Positions 11,881 to 23,122 of a DNA stretch of 64,000 bases are shown piece by piece; position 1 is the first letter of the stretch; every line of letters begins with the position of its first letter. Position numbers and translations under genes: made by a program. Source of the stretch: the human T2T-CHM13v2.0 reference genome, Homo sapiens; the NCBI RefSeq assembly GCF_009914755.1, contig NC_060929.1; one strand, given 5' to 3'. The notes under the pieces were generated by a model. That model saw only the letters and a list, made by a program, of their open reading frames with translations, did no database searches and was not told the origin of the DNA.

Positions 11881-14833
11881 TTTGTGGATCTGCCGGCAGA
11901 TTCACTGGTGGACTGAAGTTACTTTGCTTGGACATTTCATTCCATTGAAGCCTGCCAGAAGGACTGCTTCATCTCCCCTATCTTTGAAGCTGGAGAGGAG
12001 ACATTGAAAGCTCCTGCTCTGCTCCTCGATTAGTGTATCTGCCTCTTGACCCAGCTGTGGTTTTATGTGACAGTGAAATTCCACACTCTCGGCATGAATG
12101 CGTGGCCCGACCGGGGCCATGCCAGGAGCTGTCGTGGCATTTATGTGTGCCTGCTTTTGTCTTCAGGGTGGTGAGGGCCAAAGTTTACCCCTCAAAGCAG
12201 TTTGGCAAATCAGCACTGGGGCTCTTTTGTGCAAGTACATTCAGATGCATGATTGAAGCACTTCTTCCTCCTCTGCAGAGAACTTGACATTCCCCTATCA
12301 CGGTTAGAGGAAAAGGAAACGTATTTGAAACTTGACAGGGTGAAGAAACAAGCCGTCAACTTTAAATTAAAGAGGTTGATGGGGAGAGGGGAAGGCTGGT
12401 TGTGACTTTAGAAGTACATACTCTCTTTTATTCAGCAAAATCCCATGCACAGCTCCTTATTTACAACTCCTACAGCAGGGAATGCTGAGGAGGGCCCGGC
12501 CTGGCGGAGGCTTAATGGGCACGTTAACCTGCAAACTGTTTCATGTTGGGCTGAAGAGAAAGGCGGCTCTAGGAGCAAGACCTGTGAGATAGACATTTGG
12601 AAATTTTTATTTCAGGATGGGGGAGATGCTGTTTGATAATTAATCATTCCCTTCCCTGTCATAAAGTCTGCAATAAAGACTTTATATTCTGTTACACAAA
12701 ACTCTACTCACAAGGAATGTTGCTCCTACTCATTTCTTCCCTTTCCAATCTCATAATTAGCCTGGCCACCCCCAATTAATGACTTGGTTCTAGGTAACCC
12801 AAGCCATATGTGAAGAGCTTCCTTGCATATGCTTACTTGTGTGGCTGTCTCTGCCTAACAGACATTGGTATCAAATTCACCTTCTGACATGCAAAAAATG
12901 ACCATTTCTTTCCTATCATTTTGCCCTGATTTGAAAATCCTCATGTCACTACCATCTTGTAGGGGAGAGATTTTACAAGCCTTTTATTTCAGGGACAAAA
13001 CTCTTTTCTTTTGGGAAGCAGGTGAACCCCCATTGATAAACTTTAGAGGCCCCTGGCTAGCAGTGAACTGAATGGTGTTGATTTCAGTTTGTTTTCCATC
13101 TCATTTTTTGGAGAGCTTTACAAAGCCAATAGCATAGCTTTATGGGGCCGGAGCAGGAGCTAACGTTTTCTCTGCCAATGCCGTTTCCTATAAATCTTGC
13201 AAAGCCCCTTGCCACACTGTTTACAAAGATGCAGCATCAGAGCGCCAGAGCAAGGCTCGGATTTCTTTCCTGAAACTTCATTAAGTTGTAAGAAAAGCTC
13301 AGTGCAATTTTCATCCTTCTCCCATGAAGAGTTATTGTAAAAAGTGAAAACTACCACATGTGGCTAAGGAAAGGAGTGGTGGAGAGTGTGTGTGTTCCTG
13401 AGCCCGACACAAGTGCCTTTAATTTGCCAAGTGACAGTCATCCAAGCTCCCAAATAAATGGAATATTTCAGCCCCAATTCTCATCATTTCTTCCCTAAAA
13501 AATTCTATTCAAGTGTAAAACGAATATAAATCTTTCTCGACGATTAAAAAACGACAACAAACAGCTTCAGTTTTTCTTCCCCCAGCAAATGTTCCACTGG
13601 CACCTACGAAGAGGTGGGGACAGTCTCCAGAATGGAGAATTTTCTGGTTCTTGGCCATACCTGTCTGGTGGATGGGGTGGCAAAGAGGGGAGACTTGTGT
13701 TACTACTCCATTACTTCTTGGGAGGCAAAAGGAAGAGGAAGCGGCCAAGTGACTCTTCCATCCCCGAGCCAAACAGCTTCCCTGCCTGCCTGTCCAATTC
13801 CTCAGGCTTTAAGGGATGGAGGAGGTGGTTAAAATAGTACCTTGAAAATTTAAGGAACTCTTAGGGGATTTGCAAGCACTTCAATCCTTGTGTTCTCTTA
13901 GAGATGGGAGTAGAAGAGACCTTCCTGGTGAGTCTCCTAGTGTGGGGCAGGGAGCAGCAGGGACAGACAGTGGAGGTGAGTCTACATTGAGTGAAGCTGG
14001 AGTAGTTTCTGGAATCTTGAGCGAGTGTCTAGGAGCCTTGACAGGCAGCAGGCTGGTTGATGTGGCTGTGGGAGACAAGGCTGAGGCCTGATTCCAGCAC
14101 TCCCTGACGCTGCAGGTGGTGGTTGGATACCTTCCTTAGTCAACTTCTATCCTCACCTCTGATCTGGAAAATAGGGATGACACCATCAAACTACTCAGGA
14201 TTTCCACCACTAATGACTACCTAGGACTTGCAATAGGAAACGTTGACTGTTTTGACCATTTGTAAGCCTGACTTCCCAGATCTGGGGGCTCGCCCAAATG
14301 TCTCCATTTACTAAGCTTTTTGCAGGCCCTTCCAGGCCTTAGGGTCTAAAGCCTGACAATGCTCTGACAAGACTTTCTGCAGGCTTGGCTAGTTCTTGTG
14401 GGACTATGAACACACAAAGTGAAGGCCAATTGTATATGTGCAGTTTTGCTCCTTATAGAGAAGCCTGAGTTATTAACTAGGAAAGAAATGGAAGAAATGT
14501 CTTAATTTTTTAGAAACTTGGCTTTTTCCCTGGTTGTTTCTTCCCTTTGGGTGTCAGTTGTCTTTTGGCTTTGTCAACCAAAAGAAAAGATTCAATGTGT
14601 TAATTTGAAAAAATCTTTAATAAGAAAAAAAGACAATTTTTATACATCGTTATTTGCCTGTGAGTCAGATATTGTCTCTTGGCTGACTGCAATATTTACT
14701 GTTTCTACAGCAAATGTCCTGCTGCCTTGTGTGATTTTGTTAGCAACCGACTTCAAATCTATTTGAGCATATTCTTTGCTGCTCTTTAACCATTGTCCTA
14801 AGAACCAAGCCCTCTATTTGTCATTTGCATTTT

Positions 14834-15208
<375 letters not shown>

Positions 15209-16124
15209 TGACCTGTTGGGCAGAAACCAACCTCATAAAGGAAATCAACAGCAGACATTTAATACAACCTTCTTATGATGCTTGGAGCAGGATTAACATC
15301 TCCTGCATAGATGACTGAAGAGTGATTTTGCAAAACTGTGCTTTGTGTAGCTGCTGTTTGAACGCACATGGCTTCCCATGAAGTGAGGGACACATGCACC
15401 AAGATGGGCTCCTGCTGCATTTCTGGATGTGTCCTCTCTAATGCTCAGTCTACTCCTAGCAGTGTGACCTTTGCTGCCTCTGCCATTCCACCCCCAGCTC
15501 GGTTGGGGGAGCTAGATGAGGGTTCAGAATAAGAAAATGTCTCATTGTGGCATCTTCCTATCTTGTGTCTCTCCAAATAACAGGGTGCTAAAAATGTGGC
15601 AGTTCCCAGAAGTCAGAGTGTGGGAATGATGCTAACGGTGGAAATGCTCTGAGATTCCTTGATTTCTCTCATTTTATCCAACCCCTGCCTCCCTACTCCC
15701 ATCCATCCCCACATCCTGGTATAGCAAGGCTGAATTACAACATGGCAAGACACGTCCTTCTGGGACTGTTTACAAGGCTGCACTACTAGGAGGATATTCA
15801 ACATAGATCTAACCCAAGTGAGTACTCATTTTAATGAGTAATTTTACAGAGGAGGGAATGGGCTCTTAAGGGGTTAAATGGCTTGTCCAGGGTAGACACT
15901 GTCAGTTGTAGGCAGGACTGCGCCCATTTGACTCCCAGGCTTGTGTTCTTTTTTACAAAAAGTGTTCTTTTATCCTACCTCCTAACAAGTTAGGCTCTGT
16001 GCAACAGTTACCATGAGGCAAATTCAATTCCACTTGAGGGAAGTCCATTTTGTTTGGGTATCAGCAAAACTCGCAATATTAAGAAAAGCCTAGAAATGTA
16101 AGTCTGCATTAATTTAAAATGTTA

Positions 16125-16398
16125 AGCACTTTGGAAGGCCGAGGCAGGCAGATCACTTGAGGTCAGGAGTTGGAGACCAGCCTGGCCAACATGGAGAAAC
16201 CCTGTCTCTACTAAAAATTCAAAAATTAGCTGGGCGTGGTGGTGCACACCTGTAATCCCAGCTCTCAGGAGGCTGAGGCAGGAGAATCGCTTGAGCCTGG
16301 GAGGCAGAAGTTGCAGTGAGCCTAGATGGTGTCACTGCACTCCAGCCTGGGCGGCAGAGCAAGACTCTGTCCCAAAAATAAATAAATAAATAATAAAT
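16125..16398 (+). mobile_element. AluS lacking the first ~30 nt
   Basis: Starts at 'agcactttgg' and ends in an (AAAT)n tail. TSD aaaatgttaagca at 16116-16128 and 16399-16411. Confidence 0.95.
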
Positions 16399-16651
16399 AA
16401 AATGTTAAGCAACACTGACACTTCTGAGGAGCTCTGTGGTGCTCTTTGTGTTCATTACCATGTCTGTAAGCCTTGTATTTGAGTGGGATGGTTGTTTCAT
16501 GCCTGAAGGGTGGTGTAACTTTGTGCGTCTATACTTCTAAAAAGAATGTACTGAGAGTTTAAAGCCTTTCTGGGATAAAGTTGAAGCCTTTATACCCAAT
16601 GCATTATTTTCTTTCAGATACTATGGCCAATGATGCCCATTCACCCTTTGT

Positions 16652-16847
16652 TTCTCCCTCCCTCATTCCTTCCTTCCCTCCCTCCCTCTCTTCCTTCCTT
16701 CCTTCCTTCTTCCTTCCTTCCCTCCTTCCTTCCTTCCCTCCTTCCTTCCTTCCTTCTTTCCTACCTTTTTTATTTTCCTTCTTCCTTTCTATTCTCCTTC
16801 CCCTTCCTTCTCCTCTATCTCTTCTACTTCTTATCTTTCCTTTCTTT
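16652..16847. repeat. (CCTT)n / CT-rich low-complexity tract
   Basis: About 190 nt, almost entirely pyrimidine on the + strand. Confidence 0.93.
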
Positions 16848-18469
16848 GATAAAAGAATGGTTGAGAGTGAATTGTCAAGACAAAGCCATAGAGTATGATT
16901 CAATCAATGCTAACCACCCTCAAATAAAACGCTATTTACTAATCTCCTAGATTAAATGAACAAAGAAACAAACAAAAAAACCCAACCTTGGAAAAAGAAG
17001 GTATGTAGCAAAGATATAAATAGGCATCTACCTAAGATTATAACATTCTGAGTTCTTAAAGGCATTCTTATGAAGAAAACATGAGCTTGGATGACATGAT
17101 GATGAAGTAGACAAGATTTATATCTACTTTATTCCTACATCCCCTCAATTTTGAGTCCAGATCTGAGACTCCCATGGGTATAAAAATGTGCAGGGGAGTA
17201 ATCTAGCTTCCCAAAATTCAAAAAACACAATAGCCAATCTAGCATGACATCTTTCCTAACTTTCCTTAAGAGTCTAGACATGGTCTCATAGGAGTGACAC
17301 CAGTTGTTATAGGCCAGAGGGCAAAACCCCATTTGGATTTTATTGCTAAGATGCCTCAGGACAGAATTTGTTCTGGTCAGGCTGAAATAAGAAAAGGAAT
17401 TAATATTAAGGAGTTGGAAGTGTGAAACTGAGCTCGCGTCTAAGGAAAACAAATACATTCCAGAGAGACTGAAAGATGCTAATTTTCTCATGAAATGTGG
17501 CGTGGGACCTATCCCCTTTTCAGCTAGGTTTATCATATAGAAGTAGGTGTGTGGCGGGGGTTGGGGGGGTGTATGTGTTGTCTTTTCTAGAAACCTCTTT
17601 CTTGTTTTTTTGAGGTTAATTAAAACCATATTTGATAATATGAAAATAGCTCTAACCATGATGGTTTTCATCAATTCAGGGCCTTTCAAGTATTCTCCTG
17701 GCATTCTGAGACTAAAGGTGTCATGATCACCCTAAGCCATTTGGAAATTGTCATGGCAAATTGTGCAGTAAGTACTTCCTTGTGAATTTATGAATCTCAT
17801 CAGATTTCGGAACGTGCTGATCTCAGAGGTGAGGGCAGGGATCCGAGCCTGACTGCTTCACTGCTCATCCGTGGCTTCCTTTTATCTTCCTTTCCAGTGC
17901 AGAGCTCCAAAGAGTTTTCCAAAGCCCATTAGACTGCCCGATGACATTCTTAACAGAAGAAGGAACAGTGTTTGTTTAGTTGAATTAGGGGAAGTCTCCT
18001 GTGGCCAGTGAAGTTTTATTGAGCCATTTCTAGAAGAACTAAAAAAATCAAGTGGGCTTCTTTGTTTTGTGCTTTATTGTTTATTTACATTTGCTTGAAA
18101 AGGTAATCTGCACAGGTTTGATGTCAGCTGGGAAGTGGGACACCATTCGTAAGACAGACAGGAGGACTCTGGGGGAGAAAATATTTGGATAGACAGACCA
18201 CTTGGTTGAAATGGAAAGAGGGAGTCAGAGAATTTCATTATGTCAGTAATGGGCTTTAGTGGCACTTTCTGAGTGTATAATGTGTTGGGTAGTGAAGGTT
18301 TGCTGGGGGGTCGAAGAAGCAATTGCCAGCAAAAGCAAGATGTGCCAGATGGAAAAAAAAAAAAACATAGGGAGAAGATTAGTTAGCTTTATCAATAAGG
18401 AAAAGTTGGGATAGAACAAAAGCACAATAGCACTGTATCACATAGCCAAAATTATCATAGAGGTATAGA

Positions 18470-18561
18470 TGTGTGTGTGCACATGTGTGTGTGTGGGTGA
18501 GTGCATGTATGCATGTGTGCAAATGCGTATTCACTATATATGTGTGTGTGTGTGTGTGTGT
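18470..18561. repeat. Compound (TG)n microsatellite
   Basis: Interrupted TG runs ending in a pure run at 18540-18561. Confidence 0.85.
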
Positions 18562-18564
18562 TGA

Positions 18565-18905
18565 ACCTAACTTACTGAATACTTGCCATGCACCGGGCAC
18601 TGTTCTGGAGTGGTTCAAATCTCATGACTCTTTGTCCTCCGAGTGGCACTTTGCTTTAGGTAAACATGTTTGAGCCTCAGGTGCAGGATTTCCCTTGCTT
18701 GCCTTCAGGGGAATTTAAAGAAATAATAAAGCAGAAAGTCTACAACTCTACCTGGTATGGGATTTAATGAAACTACTCTCATCGATCTCATTTTATAGAA
18801 ACACAGAGAAGTTAAGTTTGTCCAAAGTCACATGGTTAGTAAGTGGAATTGGTAGGATTTGCCCCAGAAAGTGCGGGGCCAGAACAGTGCTGCTTTGCTG
18901 CCATA
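18565..18905 (-). mobile_element. MIR pieces
   Basis: 'cttactgaatacttgccatgcaccgggcactgttct' and 'cattttatagaaacacagagaagttaagtttgtccaaagtcacatggttagtaagtgg'. Confidence 0.65.
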
Positions 18906-19480
18906 GTAGCACTTTCCCTCTCTACAGGCACTCCTTAGTTTTCTCTGTTTGTCAATATGCCAAAAGTGCACGTAAAATGATGTTCGTGGAAGTATAATTT
19001 ATATAGCACATTATTGGAAAATACCTGAATGTTCCACTAGAGGGAATTGGTTAAATACATTTTGGTATGTTCGTGTGAGAGGGCACTATACAGCTGTTAA
19101 AAATAATATTCTCAAAGAATATATGTGACTACTAGGCTTAACTAGGTTATGTTACATGGAAAAAGCAGGCAGCAAATCTGTATGTATAATTTGATGCTAA
19201 TTTTGTTTTTTAAAACTACTGTGAAGGGAAAAATGGAGACAATCTAACTGTATATGAGAAGAATGAGTAATAAACTGTGGCTTAGTCATTCAATGGAATA
19301 CTACATCTCGTTCAACTGAATGAAAATAATCTCCATGGATCAACTTGGGTAAGTCTTAAAACATAATGCTGACTGAAAAAAGCAAGGTACAAAAGAATAC
19401 ATATGGCATTGTATCACTTATGCAAAAATCTAAAATGTACAAAAGTAATATACATTTTATGAATCTAATTGCATAGTAAA

Positions 19481-19760
19481 GGTCAGGTGCAGTGGCTCAC
19501 ACCTGTAGTCCCAGAACTTTGGGGGTCCGAGGTGGGCGGATCACTTGAGGCCAGGAGTTTGAGACCAGCCTGGTCAACATGGCAAAACCCCATCTCTACT
19601 AAAAATATTAAAAAATTACCCAGGCAGGGTGGCCCACGGCTGTAAGCCCAGCTACTCAGGTGGCTGAGACAGGAGAATTGCTGGAACCCAGGAGGTGCAG
19701 GTTGCAGTGAGCCGAGATTACACCACTGCACTCCAGCCTGGGCAACAGAGTGAGACTCTC
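19481..19760 (+). mobile_element. AluS (Sz-like) without a poly-A tail
   Basis: Dimeric Alu whose 3' end runs directly into (CT)n, (TA)n and (TAGA)12. Confidence 0.93.
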
Positions 19761-19779
19761 TCTCTCTCTCTCTCTATAT

Positions 19780-19780
<1 letters not shown>

Positions 19781-19828
<48 letters not shown>
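19781..19828. repeat. (TAGA)12 tetranucleotide microsatellite
   Basis: 12 perfect units counted. Confidence 0.95.
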
Positions 19829-19961
19829 AACATTTTTGTACTTTTACTGTATATATATATATATGTATATATATATAACAGAATGAGACTGTCTCTGTAT
19901 ATATATATATATAGAAACGTTTTTGTACTTTTACTGTATATATATACAGTACTTTTTGTAA

Positions 19962-20085
19962 TATATATACAGTATATATATTCGTATCTATATACAGTAT
20001 ATATATTCGTATCTATATATATACAGTATATATATTCGTATCTATATATATACAGTATATATATTTGTATCTATATATATACAGT
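19962..20085. repeat. AT-rich minisatellite, ~24-28 bp unit, about 4 copies
   Basis: Unit (ta)n-cagtatatatattcgtatc repeated. Confidence 0.88.
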
Positions 20086-20684
20086 AAAAGTACAAAAACG
20101 TTTCTATCTATATATATAGAGTAAAAGTACGGAAACATTCACAGGATCTATACACACCAGCTTTAGGATAGCACTTCTTCATTTCCTTTAGGAATGAGAA
20201 AGAATTAGATGAGTTTCAGCTGGATCCATTTTATTTCTAAAGGAGAGAACTGAGCAAATGTGGTAAAATGTTAACATTTGTTAAATCTGAGTGGCGCATC
20301 CCTAGGTTTCTTTTATACTGCTTTCTGTATGTTTGGAACATTTTATAATTAAAATTTGTCTGTGTGATATATAATAAGGGTACACACGTGGAAGAGGTTA
20401 GCGGGCATCAAAACATAAAGAGCGACTATGTTGGAAAAGTATAGTGCAAACTTATTTTCTTTAAGTTTTTCTGTATTTTTTAAATCTATATAGTAAGTGT
20501 GATATAAGAAATAAAAGCAAGACACGTCTTTTTAGGAAGCATCAATGTTGTAGGCAAAGAGTGCTGCAGTGGAATATGGAATCTGCTTCTATGTGACACT
20601 GGTTGATTCGCGTAGGCACTTTGTAGCAGTAGATACTTTGCAGCAGTTTCCTCACCTGCACGGTGGTTTTATGGGCCGAATGCT

Positions 20685-21037
20685 CACTAAACTGACTTAT
20701 TCTTCCTGGTAACCTGCATACAGACCTCCCAGGCCCTGGCGTGAAGGTGGCACTGTGACTAGCTCTTGCCGATGGAATGGGAGGAGTCAGTTAGAAGTAA
20801 GTATGCCTGCTCTGACGTTTCTCTCTGCCTTCTGTCTGCTGTGTGGATGAAGTCTGGGGCATCCTGAAACCCTTTGTTGAGATGGGGGAGCCACAGCAGG
20901 GGAGGACCTGGATCCCCACGTATCACCACAGGTGTGACAGAGGCCCAACCAGAAACGTACCCCTTGAATTTTGTGAGAGCAAGAAGTAAACGTTTGGGCT
21001 TGTTTGTTATAGCAGGTAGACTACTCTGACCAATACA
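20685..21037 (+). mobile_element. MLT1 (I/J-like) LTR
   Basis: 'tgtgactagctcttgccgatggaatggg...gtgagagcaagaagtaaac...ttgtttgttatagcag...ctgaccaataca'. Confidence 0.72.
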
Positions 21038-21487
21038 GGCTCCATCTGTCAGATCCCTTCAAGTTCTGATACTCTATGAATGCCAGAGGCCCTTGGTTTA
21101 AAGCTGTCTCTCCATTCATTTATCTCTTGATGAAGTTCACTTGTCTCAGGGACAGACTTATCTAAACCAGAAATTTGGACATGTCCAAAAGAAATAAACT
21201 GCTGTAATAACAAGTGAGTTGAAAAGATAAAGGACAGTAGCCAGAAGACCAGGGGAAAATCCAGAACTGAGTAAGTCTGGGCTGTACATGGCTTGAGACT
21301 AAGGACAAGAACTTGAACATTTTTTGATCTCTTTATAACCCCCCAGTCTTATATATTGTAATCACTTAATCAATACCTGTTGGATAAATGAATACATGTG
21401 TAGGAAGCTGCTATCAGTGATAACCACATACCTTGAAAAGCCACTGCTGCATAATTTCTAGAATTATTAACCTTTTAGTTTTGTGAA

Positions 21488-21690
21488 GGGGGTAAGAGCA
21501 CATGATCTGGACTCGGAGGGGTCAGGCAGGCTGGGTGAGAATCCTGGCTCTGCCTCTTCCTTAGCCTTTCCAAGCCTGTTTTCTTAGGCATAAAATAGGG
21601 ATAAAAATGCTATAAAGCCCATAGTCATTTTGAGGATTAAAGGAGTTAGGTAATGCAGGTGAAGCACAGGCCTGCCCCACAGTTGAGTAA
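21488..21690 (+). mobile_element. MIR
   Basis: 'gtgagaatcctggctctgcctcttccttagc...ctgttttcttaggcataaaatagggataa...tgaggattaaag'. Confidence 0.65.
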
Positions 21691-21746
21691 CTTGGATTTA
21701 TGACATAAATTCACGGTGATCCTAAGTTAAATCAAGATAAGACTCT

Positions 21747-22087
<341 letters not shown>

Positions 22088-23064
22088 CTACCTCTCCTTA
22101 CCTAGTTCTCCCATAGGCACTATCTAAGTCAGCACAGGTGTTGGCCTTGACAAGATTAGCATTGCATTGGTAGAATGCTCCAAAATGGCCTCATTAAAGC
22201 ATCATTACATCATACTTGCTGAAGTAATCAATGATTCTCATGGAACAAGAGCACAGGAGGTGAGAGAGCACTGTTTCCTAATGCAGACGGCCTTCAGGAT
22301 CACTTCCTGGCTGAATGACCTAGAGAAGGGGACGCGAGTACACCCGTTTCATTTTCTCATCTCTGAAGTCGGGGGAGAACACCTGCCAGCCGTGCCGTTT
22401 ATTGTGGGGGTGAAACCAGTGTTCCTGAAGCTCATGGCCTGGCACAGAAGGGTGCTCCTGGGTGTCATTTCTCCCTCTTCATGTCACCTCTTTGAAACCC
22501 AGCCCTAGTTGAAGCTCAGATGATATTTCTCTAGTTTTTATACAGAACACTGTGGTTTTGGTAAAATTCACATTTTGGGAAGCATTCCCACCACCTCCCC
22601 GTCTCCAACCTCCATTTACTTGAAGGGAAATGGAATCTATCTGGTTTTGATTCATTTACACTCCACTTGTTAGCATTGGTTTGTAAGCATCAGCCAACAT
22701 CCGAGTAACTCTTGGAACCTTGTTCTAAAGGCTGCATTTTCAAGTCTAGGAAGTTTATTTTTCTTTCTTCTTTTTAAAAAAATGCTAAAAGGAAACTGGA
22801 CTTCAGTACTAGTTTGAGTTTGGGTTTATTTTCTGTGTATGACTGGCTTCCAACAAATTTGGTTAAAAAATACACTTTGCCATTGCAGGTTTTACAATTT
22901 CAGCTCAATTGAATTTACTCTTGAAAAAAGTTTTCATATTCTAACCCAAGGGAAAGCTTTTGTGTTCTGTTGCTGTTTTGCTGGATCATGGAATTGTTAA
23001 CTTTTCAAGATTTTTGGTTTGCCACTCAAATGAAAAAAAAAAAAAATGAAGACCTTTACTGCGT

Positions 23065-23122
23065 ATTTGCATGGTATTGGCTTTCTGTTGACCATTTGCA
23101 TGGTATTGGCTTTCTGTTGACC
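23065..23122. repeat. Perfect 29-bp tandem duplication
   Basis: atttgcatggtattggctttctgttgacc twice (23065-23093, 23094-23122). Confidence 0.95.

Larger units (their letters stand above)
18970..20356 (+). mobile_element. Old L1ME 3' fragments interrupted by an Alu and an AT-rich array
   Basis: 'taaactgtggcttagtcattcaatggaatactac...cataatgctgactgaaaaaagcaag' before the Alu and 'gcaaatgtggtaaaatgttaacatttgttaaatctgagtgg' after it. Confidence 0.7.

Noticed and set aside
16581-16950. Three overlapping ~100-aa ORFs (PSFL- and RKEG-rich)
   Set aside because: They arise from the stop-free CCTT tract.
17135-17704. Longest ORF in the track (189 aa, minus strand)
   Set aside because: It has no recognisable domain, includes a low-complexity G-run-derived segment (THTPPQPPPHT) and has no supporting exon structure. 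One ORF of this size in 64 kb across six frames is plausible by chance.
19883-20119. Tyr/Ile-rich ORF
   Set aside because: It is a translation of the TA-rich minisatellite.
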